Source: a virus
IMG/VR virus record: IMGVR_UViG_3300017779_000001
Strand: one strand, 5' to 3'
Length of the DNA stretch: 64,000 bases
Below are positions 46,378-56,712 of this stretch, in pieces. A program made the translations under genes and the position numbers. The notes under the pieces are model-generated. The model made no database searches, was not told where the DNA came from, and saw only the letters and a list, made by a program, of their open reading frames with translations. How positions within the stretch are numbered: the stretch's first letter is position 1; each line of letters starts with the position of its first letter.

Positions 46378-47660
46378 ATTTTGAATATGTAATATCGGGA
46401 ATGACAATGGGTACAGGGGACTTGTACTATAAACCAAGTTCACTTCAACCTTATGTATCTGTGTTCAATGATAAGATATCATACATGGATGACAAGTACA
46501 AGAATCAGAATATATCAATGTTATTCAACTCACACTGTGAACCAAAACATGGAGAATGTATTCATGACTTGATGCCTTCATGGTGTAATCTTTTTGCAGA
46601 TAGTGGTGGTCTACAATTGTCAAGGACAAAGAAAGGACTCACTGGTGAAATTAAAGATAAGATATACAGACACCAAGCTCAGTACTCAGATGTGGGTATG
46701 ATATTTGATGATATCCCTACAGAATTTGATGGTAGTAATACAGGTTGGTCAATGAAAACTTCTACAACAGGTAGAAGATTTGCAAAAGAATTGATACAAC
46801 AGAAAGCAAACTCTACACTTGCAAATGTTAGGAGACAGATAAGTGTGTTCGATGCAATGGAGTCAGACACTAAAGTGTCACTGATTGTACAGGGTCAAGA
46901 TGTAGATTCATACAGACAATACATTGAAACTATCGTCAATGGTTTAACGGATGAAGAACTACAACGATGTGCATCAATATCATTATCATCTGCATGTTCA
47001 GGTACTGGATTTGTAAACAGAATGGAGATGTGTTATGCAGTATCTGAGTTTCAGATACCTATGGAACTTAAAAAGAATATACACTTACTAGGTGTAGGGT
47101 CACATGAGATGATGACTGCATTCTTTGTATCACCCGAATACTTTTCATTTGTAGAGAATCTATCATATGATTCATCGACACAAGCAAACTCTTGGTTCTT
47201 CTCTAGATACAGAACACAAGAATGGGTGAACATCGATATCGATTCACCATCAAGAAACTACAACAGTGAACAGATTTATAACGAACAGTTGATTCCGTCT
47301 ATTGGAGATATCTACAATAAGAATAAGGATGCATTCCTAACATTCGGAATCAACTCCTTTGATACACTTATCGAGGAGTCAACCAAGTGGTCTAGTAAGA
47401 ACACTGAAAGAGAAAGACTGTACAACAGTCCCGAAGGAGAAGATGGTGCAAAACTTTTACCATTCTTCAATCAGATGCAAGTAGTTGAACACTTCATGGA
47501 TAGAGTTGATACACTATCAAACAAACCATCAAGTGTAAATGACAGAGGTCTAAGACAAATTAAAGATTGGGATATGTTTAAAAACTGGTTAGGATATCAA
47601 GGTACACAAGATAAACTACCAACAGAATTTGGAGGAAATTTAGATGAGTTCTTCGGTTAG
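46374..47660 (+). CDS. DNA deazaguanine transglycosylase (TGT fold, DpdA2-like)
   Basis: FADSGGLQ, MIFDDIP, IVQG, IHLLGVG, SYDSST; lies next to folE/queDEC. Confidence 0.8.
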   Translation: MNFEYVISGMTMGTGDLYYKPSSLQPYVSVFNDKISYMDDKYKNQNISMLFNSHCEPKHGECIHDLMPSWCNLFADSGGLQLSRTKKGLTGEIKDKIYRHQAQYSDVGMIFDDIPTEFDGSNTGWSMKTSTTGRRFAKELIQQKANSTLANVRRQISVFDAMESDTKVSLIVQGQDVDSYRQYIETIVNGLTDEELQRCASISLSSACSGTGFVNRMEMCYAVSEFQIPMELKKNIHLLGVGSHEMMTAFFVSPEYFSFVENLSYDSSTQANSWFFSRYRTQEWVNIDIDSPSRNYNSEQIYNEQLIPSIGDIYNKNKDAFLTFGINSFDTLIEESTKWSSKNTERERLYNSPEGEDGAKLLPFFNQMQVVEHFMDRVDTLSNKPSSVNDRGLRQIKDWDMFKNWLGYQGTQDKLPTEFGGNLDEFFG

Positions 47661-47982
47661 TCCACTATTTGATGGGGGATTCTACAGAGTTGTAGAAAGT
47701 CCATATGAGAAAGAAGCTGGTATAGAAATTATGCATGGTGAGTTTACAGGTGTCATTTATCAATATGGTAATGTAGATTTTGTAGATGGTAAACCCGAAC
47801 TAAACTTTCAGAGAACTATTAGAAAATGGGATGATGAAAGGTGGGATTTAGAGTCACTTGAACAGAACGAAGAACTAAATAATACCATGGGTGATATACT
47901 GGTAGAGCTCATCCAAACACAAATTAAGAAGGACACAGAAAATGAACCAAGAATTATTGAAGGAACAGATAAAGAGACATGA
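47644..47982 (+). CDS. hypothetical protein
   Basis: G.F.GVIYQYG.V.F, MGDILVELI. Confidence 0.65.
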   Translation: MSSSVSPLFDGGFYRVVESPYEKEAGIEIMHGEFTGVIYQYGNVDFVDGKPELNFQRTIRKWDDERWDLESLEQNEELNNTMGDILVELIQTQIKKDTENEPRIIEGTDKET

Positions 47983-48397
47983 GGGTGAAGTCCTCGAAAT
48001 ATATGAAGACTCATTAGGGTATCTAACATTTGGAGTAGGTCACCTAGTAAAAGATGACGACCCCGAACACGGTCAACCAGTTGGTACACCAGTATCACAA
48101 GAAAGAGTTGATGATGTTTATGCAATTGACTTTGTAAAACATGTTAACGAAACTGTTCATTTATTTGAATCAAAAGGTGGTGAAGACTTCTACAGTCTAC
48201 CCGAAGATATTCAACACGTTCTTGTCAATATGACTTTTAATCTAGGAGGAACTAGATTTAGTAAGTTCAACAACATGTGGAAAGGTGTTGTATCATGTGA
48301 CTGGGAAAAGGTTGCAGTAGAAATGGAAGACTCTAAGTGGTTCGGACAAGTCGGAAGACGAAGTGTTGAATTACAAGAAATGGTAAGAAATGTTTAA
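47942..48397 (+). CDS. T4-type lysozyme (GH24)
   Basis: HEG....YEDSLGYLTFGVGHL, NM.FNLG, EMEDSKW..QVG.R. Confidence 0.9.
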   Translation: MNQELLKEQIKRHEGEVLEIYEDSLGYLTFGVGHLVKDDDPEHGQPVGTPVSQERVDDVYAIDFVKHVNETVHLFESKGGEDFYSLPEDIQHVLVNMTFNLGGTRFSKFNNMWKGVVSCDWEKVAVEMEDSKWFGQVGRRSVELQEMVRNV

Positions 48398-48671
48398 GAC
48401 AGAAATTAAGTGTCTAAGATTAGATACAGGTGAAACACTTATATCACATGTCAAAAAAGGATGGGGAGTATATAAACTATACGAACCTAAAGTTTTAATA
48501 CAAGAATACGATGAAGAAAATTCTAGACTTGATGTCAATCTAGGTGTATGGTGTCCGTATGCAGAGAAGTATGAATTTAATTTGAAGAAAAAAACTGTGG
48601 TTGCAGTATTCAAACCACGTTATAACCTAGAGAGAAACTATTTGAACTCTCTTGCAAGGATTAGTCAATGA
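48390..48671 (+). CDS. hypothetical protein
   Basis: IK.LRL.TGE.LI N-terminus (Sm-like pattern). Confidence 0.6.
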   Translation: MFKTEIKCLRLDTGETLISHVKKGWGVYKLYEPKVLIQEYDEENSRLDVNLGVWCPYAEKYEFNLKKKTVVAVFKPRYNLERNYLNSLARISQ

Positions 48672-48883
48672 GAGATAAATTATTAGAAGCACAAAAGTTG
48701 TGGGCATTAGGAAACATGAAGAGACATGAAGCTAACGTTGAAAATCTTCTAACTAATCCCATGGGTATCGGTGAACACCCCGACCTATCAGAAACAATCT
48801 CAGAAGAGATTAAGAAAGTTGCAGAGTACGTGGACATTCTAGAAGTCATAGAAGATTTAATAGAAAGAACAGAAAACAACTAG
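48668..48883 (+). CDS. hypothetical protein
   Basis: H.ANVE..L.NP.GIGEHPD. Confidence 0.65.
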   Translation: MRDKLLEAQKLWALGNMKRHEANVENLLTNPMGIGEHPDLSETISEEIKKVAEYVDILEVIEDLIERTENN

Positions 48884-48916
48884 ACTTGATACCACTACCT
48901 GTGGTATAATTACATT

Positions 48917-51427
48917 ATGGATTTTTACACTAACGTCACCCGTTTCGGGAACAAACTCCTCGTCAGAGGATATCAAAAAGGTAAACCTAAGAAGATGTCT
49001 GTTAACTACAGACCAAATCTTTATGTGTTATCTAAAACACCCTCATCCCATAGAACGATTGATGGGAGATATCTCGAACCCGTAAACCTAGACTCTATGT
49101 CAGGTGCAAGAAAGTTCAAAGAGAAGTATGATGGTATCGCAGGATTTGAAGTACATGGATACGACAAGTGGATGTACAACTGGATATCAGATAGGTTCCA
49201 AGGTGAAATCAAATACGACCCAAGTCAAATCAAGATTGCAACACTTGACATTGAGTGTGAGTGTGAGAATGGGTTTCCCGACCCACTCATTGCAATGGAA
49301 AAGGTCAATGCAATATCAATCAAACCATTTGGTAAAGACACTATCGTACTAGGATACGGTGAGTGGAATCATAACCAAGACAATGTAATCTATATCCCAT
49401 GTGGTTCAGAGTCAGACTTGTTAATGAAGTTCGTCAAAGTGTGGAGAGAACTAAACCTTGACATCGTCACAGGTTGGAACGTAGATAGTTTCGACATCAC
49501 ATATCTTTGTAATCGTATCGATAGGATATTGGGTGAGAATGAACACAAGAAACTATCACCATGGGGTTCATCAGAAACACGTGAGTTCACAACTTATGGA
49601 TATCAAAAGAATGTAAACTATACACTTCATGGTATCAATATCATTGACTATCTAGAACTATACAAGAAGAATACTTTTGTCAATCAAGAGTCATACAAAC
49701 TTGACCACATTGCAAAGGTAGAACTTGGTAAACAGAAACTAGATTACTCTGAGTATGGTTCACTCCATATGTTGTATCAAAAGAACTATGAGAAGTTTCT
49801 AGAATACAATATACGTGACGTTGTTCTTGTTGAAGAACTAGAAGACAAACTAGGTCTCATGGAACTTATCATGTCACAAGCTTACACTGCAAAGTGTAAT
49901 TTCAGTGACACCTTTGGTATGGTAAAGTATTGGGAAACTATCATCTACAACTTCCTCAAAGAACGTGGTATTCAGATGCCTCCTAAGAAAATACAGGGTG
50001 AAGACAAATCAAAACAGATTGTCGGTGCATATGTAAAGGAACCACATGTAGGTAAACATGATTGGGTAGTGTCATTTGACTTGAACAGTCTATACCCACA
50101 TTTGATTATGCAATATAACATCTCACCCGAGACTATGCAGAAAGGTTCATATGGAGATGCAAGTGTAAAGAAACTCTTAAACAAAGAGTGTGACTTATCT
50201 TATCTCAAGAAACAGAATCTATCGATGACAGCAAACGGTGCAATGTTCAGTAGAAAGAAACAAGGATTCCTTCCCGAACTCATGGAAACATTCTATGATG
50301 AACGTAAGATGTGGAAGAAGAAGATGATTGAGTATCAGATTGAGAAAGAACAGACATCGGATGTCAAACGACTGAGGGAACTTGATACACTTATCAAACG
50401 TGCATACAACAATCAACAGGTCAGAAAGATTGCACTTAACTCAGCTTATGGTGCATTAGCAAACAGATGGTTTGCATTCTTTAGTGTACCGATGGCAGAA
50501 GGAATTACGACCAGTGGACAGTTATCTATTCAGTGGGCAGAAAAACAAATCAACGGTTACTTACAAAGTGTTCTTGATGATGATAAGGACAGAGTTATTG
50601 CAATCGACACAGACTCTGTGTACATCACACTAGATGACTTAGTGCAAAAAGTGTTTCCCGAAGAAACAGACAAGCAAAAAATTATTACGTTTATCGACAC
50701 TGTTGCAAACACGAAGATTAAACCAATCATCGATGAAGGTTACGAAGACCTTGCAGAATACATGAACTCATATCAACAAAAGATGGAGATGGGTAGAGAG
50801 GTGATTGCAGACAGGGGTGTATGGACTGCAAAGAAAAGATATATTCTTAATGTACATGACAACGAAGGTGTACGACTTGCAAAACCTAAACTCAAAATGA
50901 TGGGTATTGAAACTGCAAAGTCCTCAACTCCACAGTGGGTTAGAACAAAACTGGAAGAAGGTTTCAATGTTGCAATGACAGGAACAGAACAAGAACTGTG
51001 GGACTTCGTAGAGAATGCAAGGACTGAGTTCTTTTCTCTACCACCCGAGGTGGTTGCATTCCCTAGAGGAGTGAGAAACCTCAAACAGTATCAAGGTGAG
51101 AATACAGTATATCGTAAGTCCACACCGATACATGTTAGAGGGTCACTACTGTTTAATCATTACCTTGAAGAAAAGAATCTCAAGGGTAAGTATGAGACTA
51201 TCAAAGAAGGTGAGAAGATACACTTCTGTTATCTTACACTCCCGAATCCAATCAACGAAAATGTTATTGGTTTTGTTGGAGAGTTACCAAAAGAGTTTGA
51301 TTTACACAAGTTTACAGACTATGATATGCAATTCAACAAAGCATTTCTAGACCCATTGAGAGTGGTGGTGCATTTAATGGGGTGGAATACAGAACCGACT
51401 GCATCCCTAGATAGTTTCTTTACATAA
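48917..51427 (+). CDS. gp43: family B DNA polymerase gp43
   Basis: Exo DIE, GWN...FD; SFDLNSLYP, K..LNSAYG, DTDS, KKRY. Confidence 0.98.
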   Translation: MDFYTNVTRFGNKLLVRGYQKGKPKKMSVNYRPNLYVLSKTPSSHRTIDGRYLEPVNLDSMSGARKFKEKYDGIAGFEVHGYDKWMYNWISDRFQGEIKYDPSQIKIATLDIECECENGFPDPLIAMEKVNAISIKPFGKDTIVLGYGEWNHNQDNVIYIPCGSESDLLMKFVKVWRELNLDIVTGWNVDSFDITYLCNRIDRILGENEHKKLSPWGSSETREFTTYGYQKNVNYTLHGINIIDYLELYKKNTFVNQESYKLDHIAKVELGKQKLDYSEYGSLHMLYQKNYEKFLEYNIRDVVLVEELEDKLGLMELIMSQAYTAKCNFSDTFGMVKYWETIIYNFLKERGIQMPPKKIQGEDKSKQIVGAYVKEPHVGKHDWVVSFDLNSLYPHLIMQYNISPETMQKGSYGDASVKKLLNKECDLSYLKKQNLSMTANGAMFSRKKQGFLPELMETFYDERKMWKKKMIEYQIEKEQTSDVKRLRELDTLIKRAYNNQQVRKIALNSAYGALANRWFAFFSVPMAEGITTSGQLSIQWAEKQINGYLQSVLDDDKDRVIAIDTDSVYITLDDLVQKVFPEETDKQKIITFIDTVANTKIKPIIDEGYEDLAEYMNSYQQKMEMGREVIADRGVWTAKKRYILNVHDNEGVRLAKPKLKMMGIETAKSSTPQWVRTKLEEGFNVAMTGTEQELWDFVENARTEFFSLPPEVVAFPRGVRNLKQYQGENTVYRKSTPIHVRGSLLFNHYLEEKNLKGKYETIKEGEKIHFCYLTLPNPINENVIGFVGELPKEFDLHKFTDYDMQFNKAFLDPLRVVVHLMGWNTEPTASLDSFFT

Positions 51428-51435
51428 ATAAGACT

Positions 51436-51816
51436 ATGAAATCCTTTTTGGAATACATTACTGAAGTCGATTCATACTCAACACGTATGAAAAAACGTGC
51501 AGCTTTTCGTAAGAACAAGGCAAAGATACTTTTAAAAAGAAAAAAGGCAATGAAGAAAGCAAACTTCGACCCTAAGTCTCTAGAAAGGAAAGCACGTAAA
51601 CGAGCAAGAATGATTCTTATCAAGAAGATGATAAAGGATAAAGATTATAACACATTTTCAATCGGACAGAAGAAAGATATAGAATCAAAACTTGAGAAAA
51701 AGAAAGCTGCAATAGAAAAAATTGCAAGGAAACTGATACCACAAGTTAAGAAGAGTGAAGCTGCAAAGAGAAAACCGAAAGTGAAGATGGATAAAAACGG
51801 AGTAGCAAAAGGATAA
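51436..51816 (+). CDS. highly basic late protein with capsid-targeting-like N-terminus
   Basis: MKSFLEYITE; K/R-rich; CATAAATA 5 nt upstream. Confidence 0.55.
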   Translation: MKSFLEYITEVDSYSTRMKKRAAFRKNKAKILLKRKKAMKKANFDPKSLERKARKRARMILIKKMIKDKDYNTFSIGQKKDIESKLEKKKAAIEKIARKLIPQVKKSEAAKRKPKVKMDKNGVAKG

Positions 51817-52262
51817 TGTATCAGTATAACGTAAAGGTTGTCAAAGTAGTAGACGGTGACACCATCGATGTAGATATCGATTTAGGATTTTCTACAGTAT
51901 TAAAAAAACAAAGAGTTAGATTTTTAGGAATTGACACACCTGAAAGCAGAACTAGAGATTTAGTGGAGAAGAAGTTTGGTAAAGCTTCGAAGAAACATTT
52001 AAAAAATTTATTAGAGAGTGCAGAAAGTTTATCTTTAATATCACACGACAAGGGTAAATTTGGTCGAATCCTTGGTGAGATAATTGCACACTTTGATGAA
52101 GGTCATCCAGTATATGAGACTGAAATAAATGTCAATCAACAAATGATTGTAGACGGACATGCAGTTAAATATACAGGTGAGAATAAAGACCTAGTGGAAG
52201 AACAACACTTGGTAAACAGAGAACGACTCATATCAGAGGGTGTAGTTGTTTTAGAAGAATAA
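51816..52262 (+). CDS. thermonuclease (SNase-like)
   Basis: VVDGDTID, RVRFLGIDTPE, KGKFGRILG. Confidence 0.88.
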   Translation: MYQYNVKVVKVVDGDTIDVDIDLGFSTVLKKQRVRFLGIDTPESRTRDLVEKKFGKASKKHLKNLLESAESLSLISHDKGKFGRILGEIIAHFDEGHPVYETEINVNQQMIVDGHAVKYTGENKDLVEEQHLVNRERLISEGVVVLEE

Positions 52263-52310
52263 ATGAAAAAACCTCTTGACGAAAGACCATAAGGTATATT
52301 ATAATTAGAT

Positions 52311-52505
52311 ATGGAAATTAGTATTTTAGATTGTGTTTATATAATCTCTATTGGAGTAATCATCTCATGGTTATTCTATATGGAAGTCCAAATTAGTCAG
52401 ATTAAGGCTATGATGGAAGAACATGTCAAATGTACTAATAAATTACAAAATGAAGGAGTGAAGGATGGACTTTCTAAATCAAATAATAAAGAGCAGTGGA
52501 AATGA
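52311..52505 (+). CDS. small membrane protein
   Basis: Hydrophobic N-half; TTGACG-18-TATAAT upstream. Confidence 0.55.
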   Translation: MEISILDCVYIISIGVIISWLFYMEVQISQIKAMMEEHVKCTNKLQNEGVKDGLSKSNNKEQWK

Positions 52506-53517
52506 GTATGCATCTGTAGTATCTGAAGGAGTTGCAGCAGGTGATGTTGATAGCTTTATCGATACAGGGTCATACATTTTTAATGCACTACTAAGTGGTT
52601 CACTACATGGTGGACTTCCCTCAAACAAAATTACTGCAATAGCAGGTGAATCTGCAACTGGTAAAACCTATTTCGCATTAGGAATGGTTAAACAGTTCTT
52701 AGAAGATAACCCCAACGCTGCAGTAATCTATTTCGAATCCGAATCTGCAATCACAAAAGAAATGATTGAAGAGAGAGGAATCGATTCAAACAGAATCGTA
52801 ATTGTCCCAGTTGTGACAGTTCAAGAATTCAGAACCCAATCTATCAAAATGTTAGATAGTTATCTTGAGACAGATGAATCAGAGAGACCTCCGATGTTAT
52901 TTGTACTTGATTCACTGGGTATGTTATCTACAACAAAAGAAATCGAAGACACTGCAGACGGTAAAGAGACTAGAGATATGACTAGAGCTCAGATTGTCAA
53001 AGGTGCATTCAGAGTGTTGACACTTAAACTGGGACGTGCAAAAGTTCCTATGATTGTGACTAACCACACTTATGATGTTATCGGTTCAATGTTCCCTCAA
53101 AAAGAAATGGGTGGTGGTAGTGGATTGAAGTATGCAGCTTCATCTATCATCTATCTATCTAAGAAGAAAGAAAAAGAAGGAACAGAAGTTATTGGTAACA
53201 TAATCCATTGTAAGAATGCAAAGTCAAGATTGACAGTAGAAAACAGAATGGTAGATGTGAGACTTAACTATGACACAGGACTTGACAGGTATTATGGTCT
53301 TCTAGACCTTGCACTTGCAAGTGGTGTATTTGAGAAATCATCTACAAGAGTTAAATTACCAAACGGTAAAACTGAATTCGGAAAAACTATTAACAACAAC
53401 CCCGAAAAATATTTCACACCCGAAGTGATGGAAGAACTTAACAAGGTTGCACAACAGCATTTTAAATATGGAAACACGACTAGAACAGACGATACTGAAG
53501 AATCTGATACAGAGTGA
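52465..53517 (+). CDS. uvsX: recombinase UvsX
   Basis: [35 protein letters not shown]. Confidence 0.96.
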   Translation: MDFLNQIIKSSGNEYASVVSEGVAAGDVDSFIDTGSYIFNALLSGSLHGGLPSNKITAIAGESATGKTYFALGMVKQFLEDNPNAAVIYFESESAITKEMIEERGIDSNRIVIVPVVTVQEFRTQSIKMLDSYLETDESERPPMLFVLDSLGMLSTTKEIEDTADGKETRDMTRAQIVKGAFRVLTLKLGRAKVPMIVTNHTYDVIGSMFPQKEMGGGSGLKYAASSIIYLSKKKEKEGTEVIGNIIHCKNAKSRLTVENRMVDVRLNYDTGLDRYYGLLDLALASGVFEKSSTRVKLPNGKTEFGKTINNNPEKYFTPEVMEELNKVAQQHFKYGNTTRTDDTEESDTE

Positions 53518-54853
53518 GTCTTTTACACGGAAGGTAATTCCTTTTGTTAAAGAAGAGTATTTCTCTGAAGATGATGAACGTAATGTGTACAAACACATCA
53601 AACAGTATTTTGACAATTACAATAATCCACCAACACCCGAAGCACTCCTCATAAATCTTGAGAGTGATTCAAAGATAAACGAGAACATTCTCAAGTTATC
53701 AACACAGTTGGTAAAAAACATTCGGGCAGATGTAGAATCCACACCCCATGACTGGTTAGTCGATGAGACTGAAAAGTGGTGTAAGGATAGAGCAATTTAT
53801 ATTGCAGTAATGGATTCCATCGAAGTAATTGACAAAAACTCAAAACGTTCAACAGGTGAAATACCCGAGTTACTTAAGGAAGCACTTTCCGTGTCTTTTG
53901 ATTCTCACATTGGTCATGATGTATTGGAAGATGCAGAAGAACGACATGACTTCTATACTAGAGAGGAAGAGAAACTACCATTCGATTTGGAATACTTTAA
54001 CAAGATTACCAAAGGTGGTTTACCAAACAAGACACTGAACATTTGTTTGGCAGGTACTGGTGTTGGTAAGTCATTGTTTATGTGTCATTGTGCAAGTGCA
54101 AATCTTGTGGCAGGTAAGAATGTATTGTACCTCACTATGGAAATGAGTGAAGAGAAAATTGCAGAAAGAATTGATTCAAATGTTCTTAACATTCCAATCA
54201 AAGAATTACCCGACATCTCAAAGAAAATGTTTACCAAGAAAGTTGATAGACTAAAAGAGAAGACACATGGTAAACTGATTGTCAAAGAGTATCCGACTGC
54301 ATCTGCACATGTAGGACACTTCAGACACTTACTACAAGAACTGAATCTAAAGAAGGATTTCAAACCCGATGTAATTTATATTGACTATCTAAATATCTGT
54401 GCATCTTACAGAATTAGACCTGGCCAAGGTGCAAACTCATATACACTAGTCAAAAGTATTGCAGAAGAACTTAGAGGACTTGCAGTTGAGTTTGATATAC
54501 CAATCATGAGTGCAACACAGACAACACGTAGTGGATTTGGTTCAACAGATATTGGTCTAGAAGACACTTCAGAGTCTTTTGGATTACCAGCAACTGCAGA
54601 CTTGATGTTTGCATTGATTACATCGGAAGAACTAGAAGACTTAGACCAACTTGTTGTTAAACAATTAAAGAACAGGTATAACGACCCAACTATATTCAAG
54701 AGGTTTGTTATAGGAATAGACAGAAGTAGGATGAAACTATATGACTGTGAACAAGAAGCACAGGAGGAATTATTTGATTCAGAATCATATAATGATAACA
54801 CTCCAGTCTTTGACAGAGGTCAGAATAAGAAATATAATGACTTCAAAATATAG
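53468..54853 (+). CDS. gp41: replicative helicase gp41
   Basis: [42 protein letters not shown]. Confidence 0.96.
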   Translation: METRLEQTILKNLIQSESFTRKVIPFVKEEYFSEDDERNVYKHIKQYFDNYNNPPTPEALLINLESDSKINENILKLSTQLVKNIRADVESTPHDWLVDETEKWCKDRAIYIAVMDSIEVIDKNSKRSTGEIPELLKEALSVSFDSHIGHDVLEDAEERHDFYTREEEKLPFDLEYFNKITKGGLPNKTLNICLAGTGVGKSLFMCHCASANLVAGKNVLYLTMEMSEEKIAERIDSNVLNIPIKELPDISKKMFTKKVDRLKEKTHGKLIVKEYPTASAHVGHFRHLLQELNLKKDFKPDVIYIDYLNICASYRIRPGQGANSYTLVKSIAEELRGLAVEFDIPIMSATQTTRSGFGSTDIGLEDTSESFGLPATADLMFALITSEELEDLDQLVVKQLKNRYNDPTIFKRFVIGIDRSRMKLYDCEQEAQEELFDSESYNDNTPVFDRGQNKKYNDFKI

Positions 54854-54876
54854 ATATGTAAAGGAATAATCCTTTT

Positions 54877-54953
54877 ACCCTCGTAGCTCAATTGGATAGA
54901 GCAACGGCCTTCTAAGCCGTAGGTTACAGGTTCGACCCCTGTCGAGGGTGCCA
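54877..54953 (+). tRNA. tRNA-Arg(TCT)
   Basis: ACCCTCG/CGAGGGT acceptor, ACGGC-CT-TCT-AA-GCCGT, GTTCGA, CCA. Confidence 0.95.
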
Positions 54954-55004
54954 AATCACAAAAAGGGGTTGACAGTAAACCCCTTCTTTTAGTATAATTA
55001 TATA

Positions 55005-56504
55005 ATGAATAAACTTACAACATTATACCTTACAATATTTTTAACATCATGTGGAGGAGGTGGAAGTCTCGGTACTACAATGTTAGAGACTAATAGTATT
55101 CCCCCAACTACACCACCCACTAATACCAGTCTACCCGAAGGAGGAATGTCGGGTAAAGTAATCGATGGTTACATTGATGGTGCAACAGTCATTTTTGATT
55201 TGAATTCTAATGGTGTATTAGATGACGGAGAACCCTATACAGTAACAGGAAGTGATGGTGATTGGTCTTTTGACCAATACGACCTTGCAGACTTCTATGA
55301 TTTACCATATGATGCAATCCAAGCAAATGCATATTTTGAATCAAACTTTGGTGTTAAAACTCGTGAGATGTTAATTTGTATCGAAGACACCATCAAGGTT
55401 GCAGAAGTACCTGTGGGTGCATATGACAGTGACAGGGGATATGTAAATGAATCCTATACACTTTATATGATACCTCAAGGTTCAACTGCATATGAAGCTC
55501 AATTCATTACACCCTTTACTACAATATTGGGTAACATGATTGCATCTGAAAACTCTCAACTCACCCCCTATCAAGGATGTAGTTCTGAAGGTGAAAGTGT
55601 CAGAACAAACATAAGGAGAAATGTAAGTGTCTTTGAGACTGAATTGTACACAGGTACAGGATTATCCTTAGAAGACTTTTACGTTGACTACATTGCAACA
55701 GGAGAGACGGATAAACAACAGATTGCAGAAAGATTGACTGATGTACTCATAGATATATACAAAGTCAAAGATGCATACGTGGGTACTGATTATACTAAAT
55801 TCCAGTTTATAATTGAAACTAATAGTATAACTACTCTACTATCAACCAACCCTATAACAGACATAGGAGTACAAATAGAAATGTCTTCCGAACCAGTAAG
55901 TAATGGTGAATGGGAATCTAGATATCAGAAAGTATGGAATGTTACAATAAACTATGTAAACGATACAATAGATTCTGCACCTATAACACTAACAGAACTT
56001 GACAACTTATCTGTAACCAATGAAGAAAATTATTCATACTCAGTTATACAAAATACTGATGTCAATCTTATAAATAGTAATACATGGACTTTTAATCTAA
56101 AAGACTATGATGGTGACTATGGTACTTGTTCAGATTGGATGAGGAATGAAAAGATGCACGATGATATGGTACGTCTTGAATTACAGGATTGCACAGGTGA
56201 AAATATTACAACCTATTTTAAATCCCCATACAACACAGTCAACTCATACGTTAAAGAGGATGTAGTCAGTGTACATGAGGAATTATCCTTATTGAATAGA
56301 GGAATGAATAACTTTGAAAGTTTAATACTTCCATCCCTAGGTACAGGTGATAGTGTTAACATTACAAAAGTAGTAGGTAATACCATATACTCTTACAACT
56401 TTACATATAGTTATGAAATGTGTGATGTTTGGGTGGATGGTGAGAACACAGAATCAACTTTTGGGTATGATGGATATTTAAACTGTTTGAACTACATGCA
56501 GTGA
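55005..56504 (+). CDS. lipoprotein, acidic
   Basis: Lipobox FLTSC-GGGGS; GKVIDGYIDGATV.FD.N.NG.LD.GEP; own TTGACA-18-TATAAT promoter. Confidence 0.75.
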   Translation: MNKLTTLYLTIFLTSCGGGGSLGTTMLETNSIPPTTPPTNTSLPEGGMSGKVIDGYIDGATVIFDLNSNGVLDDGEPYTVTGSDGDWSFDQYDLADFYDLPYDAIQANAYFESNFGVKTREMLICIEDTIKVAEVPVGAYDSDRGYVNESYTLYMIPQGSTAYEAQFITPFTTILGNMIASENSQLTPYQGCSSEGESVRTNIRRNVSVFETELYTGTGLSLEDFYVDYIATGETDKQQIAERLTDVLIDIYKVKDAYVGTDYTKFQFIIETNSITTLLSTNPITDIGVQIEMSSEPVSNGEWESRYQKVWNVTINYVNDTIDSAPITLTELDNLSVTNEENYSYSVIQNTDVNLINSNTWTFNLKDYDGDYGTCSDWMRNEKMHDDMVRLELQDCTGENITTYFKSPYNTVNSYVKEDVVSVHEELSLLNRGMNNFESLILPSLGTGDSVNITKVVGNTIYSYNFTYSYEMCDVWVDGENTESTFGYDGYLNCLNYMQ

Positions 56505-56505
56505 T

Positions 56506-56682
56506 ATGAACAAGAAAAAACACATTAACAACGTTATAACGACAATCAACAAAAAGATTATCTTAAAACGAAAACTGAAAGAAGCTAAGACACAAAAGGA
56601 TGATGCAATGGTTTCTTTTTATCAAAAACAAATTCAAGAAATAAACGAGAAACTTGCATCTCGACCACTTATAAAAACATAA
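56506..56682 (+). CDS. 58-aa basic protein (not in ORF track)
   Basis: MNKKKHINNVITTINKKIILKRKLKEAK... Confidence 0.5.
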   Translation: MNKKKHINNVITTINKKIILKRKLKEAKTQKDDAMVSFYQKQIQEINEKLASRPLIKT

Positions 56683-56712
56683 ATAGTAGACAAACAGGTA
56701 AAGTTTACTATT

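Noticed and set aside
4052-54853. Introns, inteins or homing endonucleases in gp17, gp20, gp23, gp43, uvsX, gp41
   Set aside because: All are uninterrupted and of ordinary length; no HNH/GIY-YIG/LAGLIDADG motif recognised.
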